Assembly (NCBI GenBank): GCA_973895155.1
Contig: OZ316891.1
Location: forward strand, 17,978,095 to 18,042,094
DNA from: Marsupella aquatica
Taxonomy: Eukaryota; Plantae; Marchantiophyta
Direction of reading: 5' to 3'
DNA length: 64,000 nt
Of this stretch, positions 12,938 to 25,800 are shown in pieces. A program made the position numbers and the translations under genes. Position 1 is the stretch's first letter; each line of letters begins with the position of its first letter. The notes beneath the pieces are model-generated. The model did no database searches, was not told where the DNA came from, and worked only from the letters and a program-made list of their open reading frames with translations.

Positions 12938-15230
12938 TTATGGATCCTCTATGTACTTGCTTGGCCATAATACCAAAGAACCTGCAGCATCTCCAAGTGT
13001 CTTATGAGGAGGATCATCATTTGTGTTTGGAATGGGAAGGACAACTTTAGGTTTCACTAGTAATGTGATTAACACTACTGAATAACCTGGTGGGATCCTC
13101 TTGCCATGGAACGTTGTAGAACCGACTTGCACTCTGCCAAATCCTACTCGTGTTCCACTTTCATCAACAGCTAACAAGCCACTTTGTCCCTCTGCATTAG
13201 CTGCCTTCCCTACCTCCACCTTAGATGTTTCTGCCAGCACCAATCTTGGAGGTTTGTATGAAACCTTTGACGTGGCTCTACTTCCAACAGACATGCTTCG
13301 TGTGCGCATGCTTCCTCTCTTCACAGTAGTGAAGCTAGGCTCAGTAGGTTCTTCTGTTGGGACTGTCACAGTAGCAGGTTCCTCACCTAGGAGTGCCATA
13401 CCAACTAACTCTTCGGTTGGATGTATCGCAACAAGAGGCACATCTATCATTGACAATGAGACATTCTGCAAATTATTTATCTCTGCAATGGTATCAAGAT
13501 CTACATAGCACAAACCTTGCTCCACATGACATGAATCTGGCTCAATGGTATCATTGTCACGCTTGCTGATATCCTCCTTTGCCCCAACATTGATATCATC
13601 CAATCCCTTGCCAATCCCATCCTCAACCAAACATGGTTCACTGCCCTCTGTCAAATTAGTTGTATGTACAGACTGCAACTGTGTTGCCTCTAAATTGCAG
13701 CGACTCTTTGCCAGGTGATCATACTTCTTCTCTACAGCACCTGTCATATTCTCTATGGGCACAACAACCACAATATATGTTATTGAAAATAACACATTCA
13801 ACAAACTACGTCAATACAAACTATAGATTTTATAATCATATCCCACAAAGTTATAAGGGCCTTACCTTCAAGCCTAGATGTCGTTGGCATGTCAGAAGAG
13901 TGCATAGACTTTGCCACCTCAAGTGGTGATGGTGGAACTCCTGCAGAATTGGACTCAATTTTATCTCTCACCAACATAACGGCTTCCATTAATGTCTTGA
14001 AGTTCACATGGAATAAGTCAATCAATGAATTCAAACGTTCATTGATCTCTAGCTAGAAGACATGTTTCCACAGCCTTCAAACGATCACTTATCTCTGTAA
14101 GTGAAGATCCACCTCCCTACATGACATAGGGCAATAGTCAATCATTCCATATGAAATGTTGGGCAATATATGCACTATCAATGATAGGTGTACACCTGAA
14201 ATTCAATGCAAGTCATTCAATTACCAATCAGAACTCATATAACTTACATGCTTGGAGGATTCAGATGCCTCACATGCCCTGTTGTTCACAATTTCAGCCC
14301 TCAAATCTTCTTTTGAAGGACTTTGCCCCAATTGGGCTTTTTGCACATGCATGGCAAACACAAGTTTTCATTTTCCAATGAACACTGAAAAACAAAGTCA
14401 ACAGGTCGACATAGTGTAACATGAATTACATAACTTGCCATTGATTCTTACGAAGCGTTTTGCTATCGGTGTAGTGTCAATCCTTCCTGTCAGACGGGCT
14501 GTCAGATTAGGATTATGAACACTCAACCTGGCCTTGGTCATCTGTGAACTCTTCTTTTTTGCAGCATCAATTACAAAATAAGTTACTAGTTTTGCCCCCA
14601 CTTTATCATCACAACTTGCTGGTGGAGGCATATCTGGCTTCTCCCCACCTTCCTTCCAAGCCTTATGCATTCTCCATCTCTCTTGCTTGATGATTTTACC
14701 TGTTGTACTTTCCAGACAATCTATGTTCACGCCATCATCACTGCCCACATAACTCCATTTGGCAGTAACATTTTCACATACAATCTTCCAATCTTTTGGA
14801 TGTTGCTTTTTAAAATTAATAACACTCACATCTAACCAGCACAATACTTCAGCTTTCAAATCAGCATGCCATCGGTTTTTGCGAGGACACTCAGCATCCA
14901 CCCATTGTCTGTCATTCAACTTTACTATCCCTTTCTTCATCACCTCCCCTTGTGCACTGCTCTCTGCAATAATGGGTGGTGTAATATTAATGGGCACCCC
15001 CTGATTCACCCTACCTGGGGTTCTAAAGTCACCTGGGCAAATACAATGCCATTCATGCTTGAGAACTATATACACCGGAACTATTTATTACAAACATCTA
15101 CTGGCACCATTCAATATATCTCTTTAACAAAAATTGAACCAACATATATACCTGTAGCTCTGCCAGTAGACATTTGTGTAGGGACTGCACTCTGGAATTG
15201 TTGCGACCTTGGACCACCTGTCCAGCCTAG
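12938..15230 (-). pseudogene. CACTA TnpA/Tnp1-like gene fragments (spliced)
   Basis: C-terminal GFGRV...FHGKRIPPGYSVVLI...LPIPN...TLGDAAGSLVLWP is typical of Tnp1/En/Spm-like ends. 14398-15075 has Ptta-like features (W..LV.YF...KKKSSQMTKAR). Confidence 0.75.
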
Positions 15231-18200
15231 TATAGGGCACAAATGTTGTTACTTTCTAGCTAGGCATGTGCAAATATATGTACTGATAATCTACAGAGGC
15301 GGGTGGACAACCAAACTGAGCGGTTGAAGAAACAATCCAAGGAGCTAAATCGGCTAGCCGCAATAAGTGGACCCTTGATGGCGGCAACATGGTTGCAGGG
15401 CGTGGTACTGACCGAGCGACAAGCCGTGGTACCCTCACCTTTGCCGGAAGTAAGTGGCAAGGGGAAGGCACCAGCTGCTTGGGAGGGGAAGGACAAAAAG
15501 TGGAAGCCTTCTGGGTCAGGGAGCCACACCGTTCATCGGGCCACCATGGCTGAGGTGGAGAGCATGGCACCGGCCTTATGCGAGGTTGTGGCTGTCAAGG
15601 AAGCAGTCCTGGAGGTAGGCCAGGAAGACCGGTTGGGGGAGGCCATGACAGGCACTGACTCAAGGTTGCCAACCATTGATCGGCATCAACCGCAACCTTG
15701 GGAGGATGAGACAACCCAACTCATAGAATGAGCCTGTGAGGAGGACCACTACGGCAGGGTAGCCAATGCCAGGAGGGACAGTACATAAGCCGGGCAGGCA
15801 GGAGCCGGACAGGTAGAAGTGGACAGGCAGAAGCTGGGCAGGCATAAGCCAGGCAGGCCGAGGCCAAAGTAAGGGTGGGGCCCGGTCACGCCAAAGATAG
15901 GTTGACCTAGTCAGGAGCAAGTAATCTGTCAGTGGACGGGAAGCCTACATTGGCCGCCAAGGAAGGATTGGGGGCGTCCATTGAGGACCAGCCACCAACG
16001 CCATGACGGTGTAAGGGCGCCATCCCTTTTAGAGAGGGCGGACGTGGAGGTAGGAGGTGTGAGTGGGCAGAGCTAGCGCGGACCTCCAGATTTAGGATTA
16101 TGATCAGGACCAAGAAGCGGCCCTGCCACTTAGATTAGTGGGATTGCGGATCCACTGGTAAGAGCAACACTTGTGCTCTTGCCCCGCTGTACATAGGTAG
16201 ATTCCACTTAGAGGTAGATTTGGCTTACGGAGCAAGGAAATAGGTAGGTACACTGTCGGGATAAATACCTGGGCAACGGGGACCAGAGGGCCTTCTTCTT
16301 AAGCAAGTTTTTGGTGCACCAGAAAGGGTGGAATCAATTAGTAAAGAGAAGCTCTCGGTTAGTTATACTGTGACCCATAAGTACATTCATGTTTCCTCAA
16401 CCTAAGAGCTAAATAGAGTTGGCCTTCGGGCTTAGTTCGCAGACCTTGTGTATGAGAAGTACTGCTTGTATGGCAATGGTATGGCATACCTCAGTTAGTA
16501 GCAGTCATCTTTCTAATTGTGTGTTGCATCTACTTGTGTGAAGATTGCCCACATCAACCAAAGAGAGAAAGGAAGGTTAGAAGCTGGAAGAGTTGGATGT
16601 GTTGAGCTTAGAGGAATCTTAGCGGCTACCCAAGCCGATTGGGCATCATTTTGGGGGCGGAATCCAAACATACCTGAAGGGAGACTGATAGAAGAGAGTA
16701 AGGAGAGGCCTAGAGTAGGCCGGGTGCATATCTCATGACCCGATGAAGGATCTGTCCAGTACATATGTGGTTAAGAAGTAGAGAGGGATTAGCAGCATCC
16801 CATGTCGATAAACCGTGGAATCGGCCTTGGCAAGCGAGGAACCGGTGGGAATCGGCTTGTTAAGGGAGGGTTCTTGGGGTTAGAGAACCATGGGATGCAC
16901 CACAGGCCCCTTGCAAATTCCCTGGCACAAGGATGCGCCACATCAATGAGGATGGTGACAAACAGGACAAAGCAGGTAATCTGGAAAACAAAAAGGTCCT
17001 TGTCATGTTTGTGTTCATATTTGTGTAAATTATGGGGCGCTATGCCATAAGAATTAAGCTAAAAAAACCAGAATACAAAGGAAGAGATGACATTTTTTCA
17101 CTGTAACCATATTAGTTACCTTTCGAGTGTTTTTAAATTATTTACTATAAAATTAGTTAGATAACTACCTCTAAAATAACATAAATAAGTAACTACTCAT
17201 ACCTGATCCTCTCTCTTTCGATGAGAGAGATACCAACGAGAGATCGATGATTGTGAACAGGGTACTGTCATTCTGCCACTTTGCGTCAAAGATATGGAGG
17301 AGTGATCTTCAACTAAGTTTTGAGTTTGAGTTTGATTTTGAGTTGTGAGGTGAATAGTGGATACTGTATGATTGTATAACTTGCACACACTTAAAGAACC
17401 ATCACCAACTCAAGAAATGCAACATCAGAAAATGCCCATCTCCCTTTCTCGATGAAGAGATGTCACAATCCCATCACCGTCACAAACTTAGTATCTACAA
17501 ATTAATTTTTTTGATGACGTCGACATCGCTTGTCTACAACGCTCGCTTCCCAACTTGAATTGTTTGCGTCCCTCTAGGGCTAGGCTTCAACTGAAACTCA
17601 ATCTGAACACAGATTGACGCCATATGCAGCCTCTATGACAAAGAAACAATCGTTGGTCTTCTCTTCACACCATAGCTTACTTAAATATAAAAAACTACAA
17701 AACCTTCATGTGAAGTGATGGATTGTCCGTATTTTGTGCGTTCTTCCCACCAAAACAACAAGCGCTCTTCTGCCAACAATTGAGTGTTGTCCTCCGGTCT
17801 ATCTTGTGGCCATAATGCTCAACGTAACTCACAAACAATCAATCAGGAATGGTCGAACACTATTTGTCCAATGTGTAAGCAAAAACCGTCAAAAAACTCA
17901 ATTCCTCCACATTCAACTTTTTGTTTGATAAACCAGAGAGATCATCTCAACTAGATCAATCTCCTCTATCTTTCGAGCATATTCTCTTTTGCACACACCA
18001 AGACCACTGGGAGACTCAAAACCATTGCTTATTGCCTTGCTGAAATTGATTTCACTTCATCACACACACATTCCTTGGATGAACATGGGGGACCATCCAC
18101 AGATTAATTGGAGTGTGGAGGACACTATTCGTTGCTTAAAGGGGATGTATGATTTACCTAAGGGGAATATTGTGGAGGTGGTAACGATTTGTGGTCAACT

Positions 18201-19499
18201 AGGAATGAGAATAATGAGTGACTTCTGGTACCCTACGGATGCTACCTAGAGATGTCGGTGGGGAGACTTGATCGCCTGAGAGGATTTGTGGTTGGTGATA
18301 GTTTCCTTTGTCTCTCCTTCCTTTAAATCATTCACTATTCTCCTTTCAAGGGATGTGGACTTGACTCTCCTGCCATATCATGGTGTTGGCTTGACAACAT
18401 GAATGCTAGAATCAAGCACTTTGGAATTCCTGATTGCAAGGTTTATGAGATGTTGAGACCTAAGTGCTCCGACTCTACTCGGTTGAATTGCCTTTGGGAG
18501 GTGAATTTTGTTGAAGATGATTGGAGAGGATCGGAATTTGGCAAGGGGTGTGGCTGTCTGACCTCTCCTCTTGGGCGGTGCTCATGCTCTGAGAATCGGG
18601 AAGTCCGACGGGTCTTGCGTCTTGTGTACTGGTGTCCTTGAGACAATCCCCCCTATTTTCTCCTCCTACCAACATGCAAGGGGCCACTGGCAAGAGGCTA
18701 TGGATGGTTAAGTGAATTGATAATTGGCAGCAACTTGAGTTTAATAGAGTCTCATGGGCCTCACTCCAAGGGAAGTCTCATACCACGCTCAACATTTTCA
18801 AGTAATAAGCACCCTAAAACTTAAGAAAGTAAACTAGATGTTAAGTAATTTTTAACCCCTAACTTTATGGAATATTCTAAGGATATTCTCATATTTGGTA
18901 GGTAAAAACCCATATAGTTCTTAATTCTTAAAATTGGATTAGAACACCCCTATATTTTTTCAACAAAACTTTAAAAGTCTTATGCACAATTGAATTAAAA
19001 AACCCTAACTTCTTCGCACGCGATGGGTCGGAAGAAAAAAGAAGTGAGGACCCCAAGAATAGAGTTACTCTTTACCTATCTTCGGTAAAGATCTTCATCA
19101 TCTATTAAGTTCTCTAGAGCATTTGGCTTACTCGTAATGCTTACACCTTTGATCACTCGGGTACATAACATCATAAGTTATTAGTGGTTGGTAACTGATA
19201 TAAGTTATCAATTTTGACACTAATTAAAAAAAACCAGCTGAGTAGCTGAGATGGGGCCTTCGCACCTCCGCACATCTCAGCTGGGTAGTTGAGATTGACT
19301 CAATCTCCACTAACCTTGCCAAGATAGGTGTTACAGACAAAAATATTGCGCGGAAAAAAAAGTTACACCCGCCCATCTTAGCTGACACCCCATGGACAGT
19401 AAAAAATTATTAAAAAAACAAAATTTTCCATTAAATTTTGGTAAGAACTTGGCGGCCTCTTCGAGATGAGGTGATAGTTGATATTAGGCTAACTGATGA

Positions 19500-20137
19500 G
19501 ATTACTTATCTCTTGATCACTCTAGGGAGTGGATCTTTGATGAGCCTACTATCATCTTGGGGACATTAGATCATCTATGTGTTGTGACAGCTGCTGTTGG
19601 GTCATCAAGGAAACACTCCTGGCTGATTGGCATGCTAACTCTATTGGAACCTGAGCTTACACAAATCATTGGGAAAAGGGTCAGGAGGCTTGAATCTTTT
19701 TGATTAATTAGTTATCGGTTTCTCTTAGGTTTTGAGAATAGGAGTTTGAAGATAAAGATCATCTTGATTAAGCTTTGAATCTTGCTTCCACTATGGCAGG
19801 CCTCTTGTGCTAGTGGGCTGTATACTGAATGTGTGTTGGGGAGATGTACCCTGGAGCTACTCCACTCTGGCCTTCCTTTGACATGTTGTTTAGGACCTCA
19901 TTTGATTTTGTTGAGGCGCTTTGGGATTTGCTATACCATGTTGAGGCCTTGGTGTTTGGCTCTCTGGGACGCTATCCTGCAATGCAACCTTGTGTGACGT
20001 GTCTTGGTTGGACACTTTTGAAATGTTTTTTCTGCTGTTTGTGGCTTTACCAGCCCTTGGGCCTGCTGGTTCCCCCCCTCCGTGGGGTTCAAGCGGAATA
20101 AAATTTTATTAAAAATAAAATAAATAAATAAATAAAT
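19500..20137 (+). mobile_element. LINE 3' end with A-rich tail, nested in the CACTA subterminal region
   Basis: T/G-rich 3' UTR-like tract ending AATAAAATTTTATT-AAAAATAAAATAAATAAATAAATAAA at ~20097-20137. The 5' boundary is uncertain. Confidence 0.5.
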
Positions 20138-20417
20138 TACTAGTTTTGTAGTAAAACTAAGAGGTTCATTACTTATGACTCTTGAAGTCAATCTTTACTA
20201 CTTAATTATGACTAATTGAGTCATTTGTTATGATTGGGGAGACTCTAGGTGAAAGTGGACAATGTAATTATTAATGACTCCCACACGAGTCATACAAATG
20301 ACTTATTGCGTGGCAAGAGAAATGACTTGAGTCTCTTGACTCAAGTGAAACAAATTCATAATTGAGGCATACCATTGTCCTAAGTGCAGTCATTTTGGGG
20401 GGTTTTTTCTACTAGTT

Positions 20418-20506
20418 TGGCCATCTTGAGGGCCTAGACCATATGGGAGCTCGACATCAAAGTTAGCTATGTAGGAGCTAAGTGGTAGGGTAGTCGAGTT
20501 CTAGCA
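20418..20506 (-). repeat. Fragment homologous to the start of the chromovirus LTR
   Basis: gaccatatgggagctcgac...ggagctaagtggtagggtagtcgagttc aligns with gaccataagggagctcggc...ggagctaagtgttaaggtagtcgagttc at ~3348-3412. Confidence 0.8.
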
Positions 20507-21185
20507 CTTCTAGCCAATCGGCAATCTTTGACACGTCAACGAGAGTGAGAGTCACTATCGCTATTATTGGCCTGCTAATTTTGAGTGACCACCATATCTC
20601 CTTCCTTGTGAATCTTGCACTAAAACGGGAGTTTGTAAATGAGGAGACTGATCTACCTGGATTGAGTAATCTACCTAGATTGAGTTTGCCCTTCTGCCCA
20701 CTTTCTACTCAAACAATCAAGCTTGCAAAATCAGGGAATGATGGAAGGCTTGAAAGATTGAATGGGAAATGAGTATTAACAAAAGTTGCCACTTGTATTT
20801 GAGTGAAGGTCGGCGCACTCCTAAAATCCTTTGTCAGAAACTGGCCTTGGCCCAACCTGGTCAAGTTACCCCAGGGTACACCTGGACACTATTTACGGAT
20901 GCTTGCCCTACAAACCTTTGCTTTATGGTGGTCTGGGTGTTCGACAGAAACACAATTATGGTCACTTTTTCTGCGGGACCGTGACCAAAAATTAGTTTCT
21001 CCTATCCTTGGTTTGAGATGCCCTAATATACTGTTGCACCAAATGCAGTGGTCGTCACTCAAATTTGGCGTGCTGTTTTGGGTGGAAAAAATGAAAAACT
21101 GGAAAGAATAAACCAAAAGTGAATTATATATGGTGTGGAGGATTTTCCAAACATGAAAAAACAGCAGTTCTTCAAGTGTTCCATA

Positions 21186-21326
21186 GACCATCCATGCATA
21201 AGAAGTGCTCTTCCCTCTACCATCCATGCAATACCATCAATACCATCCATGCATAGGAAGTTCTCCTCCCTCTATCATCCATGGATAGGAAGTGCTTCTC
21301 ACTCTACCATCGATGCATAGGAAGTG
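21186..21326. repeat. ~31 bp tandem repeat (accatccatgcataggaagtgctcttccctct)
   Basis: Four to five degenerate copies are visible. Confidence 0.85.
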
Positions 21327-22348
21327 AGTTACATAGTCCATAGGGTATTGCATGATAGGTCTAATGAAAGGAATTTAATTATAAATATTACATAGTCAAC
21401 AAAGTAGTGCACAATGTCATAATGAGAGAAAGAGCATACCCAAAAACAGTGAAAAGAGGGAGGGGGGAGGGGGGTTAAGATCTAAAAGGAAAAAAAATGA
21501 TATAAACAAAAAAAACCATTCTCACTTTGTCATACTTTGGTGGTTGTTGTCGCCTCTCTTTGCGCCGTGACATCTTTTACTCAATATCATTTTTAAAGCA
21601 GTGAGATCCTTTTAATAGAGGAAATCTTTTACTGAAGGTATCCTTTGCATCATGCTATTTTTCTCAACTATATCTTTAATTAACCTCATAATTAGCACAA
21701 CCCAATGACATGTTTTGAGTAACCATATATTCATCGTATATTTTACCTTAACAATATCTTTTGTACAAGGACATGTTTAGGCAACAACATTGTAGATTGA
21801 ACCCGTGCTTCCATATTTCCCCAAAATATACACGGTTACACCTATTATCGTCTTATTAAAAAATGGAGAATAACTAGAAAACTTTAAATGATAATGACCA
21901 TGGAGATTTGACACCCTCCTCAAAATCTGTGCGGTAAGGAGGCGTGGGGCTGGAGTTGCAGGCCACAGGAAAGTCATAAACATATATAGTATAAATAGCA
22001 TATGGTGTGCTCTAGATATACAAAAGTAATGTGTGACCCAATGGTATTGTCTCTCAGTTGAGACTACAGAGTGACGGGTTCAAGGCATACAATGTGCAAC
22101 TTTTCTTTCCTTTAATAGAGGACAGGGAAAGGAATGAAAGTTAGAGAAAAGGTGGGGGGGGGGGGCAGGAGAGGGGGTGGGTTGTCCAATTGTATTTGAA
22201 AATGCAAATGGTATATATATTGGGTTCAAGTAATTTGGAGATAGAAAAAATAACAAAGGAGACACACATCAAAGGCAGGGATTAAAATTAAAATCATGTC
22301 CAAAAAAATTGTACTTGGGGATGTGAAACAAGGATGCGCCATATAGGA

Positions 22349-22547
22349 GCATCAGTCGTCTTATTAGTACTTTACTCCTTCTTGACACCTGTTTGGATAT
22401 CATCAGTCGTCTTATTAGTACTTTACTCCATCTTGACACCTTTTTGGATATTAGCCGTGCTCATTCCTATCGACGATTCACATACAAACATTCCCGAGTA
22501 TATTCTATACTCAAGATCCGATTCACATACAAACATTCCCGAGTATA
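22349..22547. repeat. Two short tandem duplications upstream of TASH3
   Basis: atcagtcgtcttattagtactttactcc...ttggatat occurs twice (~51 bp period); cgattcacatacaaacattcccgagtata occurs twice. Confidence 0.85.
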
Positions 22548-22826
22548 GCTTTGTTGCTCAATGTCTTTCAGCGCTACAGGAACATCACAGCATGATGCCG
22601 AGCCGGCTCGTGATTACGAAGGGCACAAAAGAGAAGAGAAAGCGTCGATCAAATGGTTTCTTAGCTTTCTCCAAAGTGCACGATCATTGTTAGCTGACGA
22701 CTGTTGTTGGCTTTGTTTTCTTCATTTCCTGTATTCCATGTAGGAAATGAAGAAGAAGATTTAGAGAGCAATTCTTGGAAGGAGGAGAGGACAGAGGCTC
22801 CGATTGATAGTTCCGGAACAGGCCCA

Positions 22827-25800
22827 ATGGCGAGTCCTGGAGGTGTAGGTGTAGGTGGAGGAGCAGGAGGAGGATCTCAGAGCAATGGGAGTGGAGGCGA
22901 CTCGAGTAGCGGCAAGACGTCCACGCCAATGCAAACGTCACTAATGGATCTTATATCTGCGGATCCTCTCCCTCCCGGAGCGTCTGGATCTGGAAAAAAG
23001 TTGCCCACGACCATCGCTTCACTGTCCCTCTCAACGCAATCCGAAACTCCAGCCAGAGTTTCGTCACCTCCACCGCAACGATATGGACTCGGACAGCGAA
23101 GGAGAAAGGTTCGTTTGCTTGTCAGATTCAATTTGGTCTGTGAGGGCACAGTTTACGAAAATCTGTATTTTCTTTCTTGTCTGTCTGGCAGGTCTCGCTC
23201 TTTTGGATGATCGGAAATTTTATGACTAGTTTGTCATGTCTTCTTTTCTATTCCCAATGTAACTGCAGCCTAGTGATATGGATATGATCCAGCCCTCTGA
23301 ATGGCTGCTACTACTTATGCTACATGTTAAGTAGATCGTCTAATGTCAATACTCTCTTTTGTAATGTTACAGCCACTTACATACTCCCAGCTCGCCAGAT
23401 TGCTCAACGAGCTTGCTGGAGCTGAAGATCAGGTATTCGAAGCACACGGATGAGTTTTGGTGCTTCAGTTATCTGCATTGCTCTCTCAATCGGACTGCTC
23501 GGGTGAATGGATATTCGTCATCAGGGTCCATTTCGTGTGCAAAACATTGCTTAGCCAGTTAGTACCGTGTTGAACCGTGCTATACAGTGTGCAGTCAAGT
23601 CAACTAACATTGCGTTGTGATTTGCCCTACAGAAAAGCTCACAAAAGCAGTTGAGGTATCAAGTTTTCCCGAAGCTTGCTGTGTACAATTCTGTGGACCC
23701 TTCTTTGGTGCCTTCTCTGCTCAAGGTAAAACTTCTTCGTTGCACTGACTTGAGAGTAGTCGATCATGGTTCCCTTGAATGCAAAAGGAAAATTGAAGGT
23801 ATCACCTACATGAAGAGCACATATGTCACATCCTTCGTATAAGCGCTTCCCAATGTTGCCTGTCTCTGCAAGTTAACTGAATTCCCAAAAGATAGACAAG
23901 TTGCCCGGAGCAGTGGCGCTTGGACAGCCTTAATCTATATAATACTATTGGCATCAAAAAGCTGACTTGGAAAATTCAGCAAGATCAAGAAAACAGAAGG
24001 GAGAAATTTATGTTTTTTCAGCACTGATCTTTTTCAGTAGTTAGTCCAGTGTCAGATTTCCGACGAGTCTTGCTCCAGATTTGTGCAGCTGTAGTGTCTT
24101 ACCTTGTTGTCGAACGGCACAGTTGCATGAACAAGCAGATGACAGGCGTGTTGTAAGATACGTGTACTACTACCTAGCCCGGGTACTTGCAGAGAGTGGG
24201 GTCCAAGGCAATGCACCAGGAGGGGGGGTGCCAACACCCAATTGGGATGCTCTTGCTACTTTGAATGCTGCGGGTTCAGTTACAAGAGCAGACGTGATAC
24301 CCCAAATTGTTGATCGCCTCACCAAGGAAGCTGCAGATGCTAAGAATACAGGTGATCTAGTGAACCATGTGTCAGTGTTGCTTAGTTGCCTAGTGGGTGC
24401 CCAATTGAGATAATAATTTTTGCCTGGGTTGCAGTTCACGAAAGGAGGATTGCTGCTCTCAAGGCACTCAGCTTTGCCCCAATAGCCGATGACGACATTT
24501 TAGAGAAGTCCTATATAATTGTATTCAAAATACTGGATAAGGTATCTCCACCACTCATATGTTAGTAGCTTTGGTTTGCTCATACTTGCTATTTTTAGGG
24601 CGGATTTAAAATAAATAAATTCTTTCCCTTTTTTTTCTTCTTTTTCTTTTTGTGGCAAACGAGTGATTGTTCGATCTCACTATCTCATTGGGCTTCTCTG
24701 TATATTTACCATATCGAGACCACTTGCCAGCCCTGGGAGTAATCACAAGTGATGCATTCTGCAGGTTGCAGATGCTGGAAAATTGAGGAGAAAGAGGGGC
24801 ATATTTGGTAGACAAACTGTAGATAAAGAGGTAAACGGAGATATTTGTCTTGGCTTTGGGTCTCCCCGTAGGATTTGTTCACAAGAGATCGTCTGGATCC
24901 TATGTACACAATAAGATAGCAGTAAGTTTCACATTAATGCTGTTATTTAGATTGATAAGTCTACTCCCCCTTGTTGTATTGTACCCAGTGATGGAGAAGA
25001 TCTTCTTGGTTCAATTCCTTCCTTTCAGGGCCTGATTTGGTCTCATCAGTTTTGTGTCATCTACGGAAGACGAACGTTGTAAAGCAAGGCATAGATCGAA
25101 GAACCGTGTTCTAATGAGTTATTGAAAGCATGTGTATCTGTTTCATGTTGTCACGGAGATGGGTCACTGCACTTCAATAAAACTTCGTTGTTTTCCAGTC
25201 CGCCACTCGCAGTAATCTGCAGTATGCCGCTCTCAGTACCTTACGGCGGTTACCGCTTGACCCAGAGAATCCTGCTTTCCTTCATCGTGCTGTTCAAGGG
25301 TATGTCACTACTTAACAACAAGGCTTACCAAGTGTCTATCATAATGCAGCTCTTCATCAAGATTCAATTGCCATCTCCAATGCCTGTAATGTCAGGATAT
25401 TATGCTTGCGGACGTTTTTGAATTCGAGTTGAATTTTGGTATCTCCTTTAAATGTACGTGGTGCGTATGAAAACTGCGTGCCTACAAGATAGGTTTACCA
25501 GGGATACAGGTGCAACATATGCATGTTAGCTTCTATAAATATTGAATTGAAGCTTGGCGTGATGGTCCACCCTTTCTAAGAATTTCTTTCCTTGTTTCTC
25601 CGAGATTATTCCTTACCAATTGCTGGCAGGACATGTTCTATGTTCCTGTATTTTTCCTGTATGATCTCTGATTTATTTTTGTTCGAGACAGTATAGCATG
25701 TGCGGATCCCGTGGGAGTGCGGCATGCACTGGCAATGGTTTCAGAGTTGGCACCAAGAGATCCCTTTAGTGTTGCTATTGCAGTGGGTAAGTTTTTCTGA

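Larger units (their letters stand above)
12247..20417 (-). mobile_element. CACTA (En/Spm) DNA transposon, degenerate, with nested insertions
   Basis: Left end CACTAGAAGAA at 12247 with dense GTGACT subterminal repeats (12280-12610). Right end TTTTTTCTACTAGTT at ~20403-20417 with ATGACT/AGTCA repeats. TnpA-like ORFs inside. No 3-bp TSD, so the two ends may belong to different copies. Confidence 0.7.
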
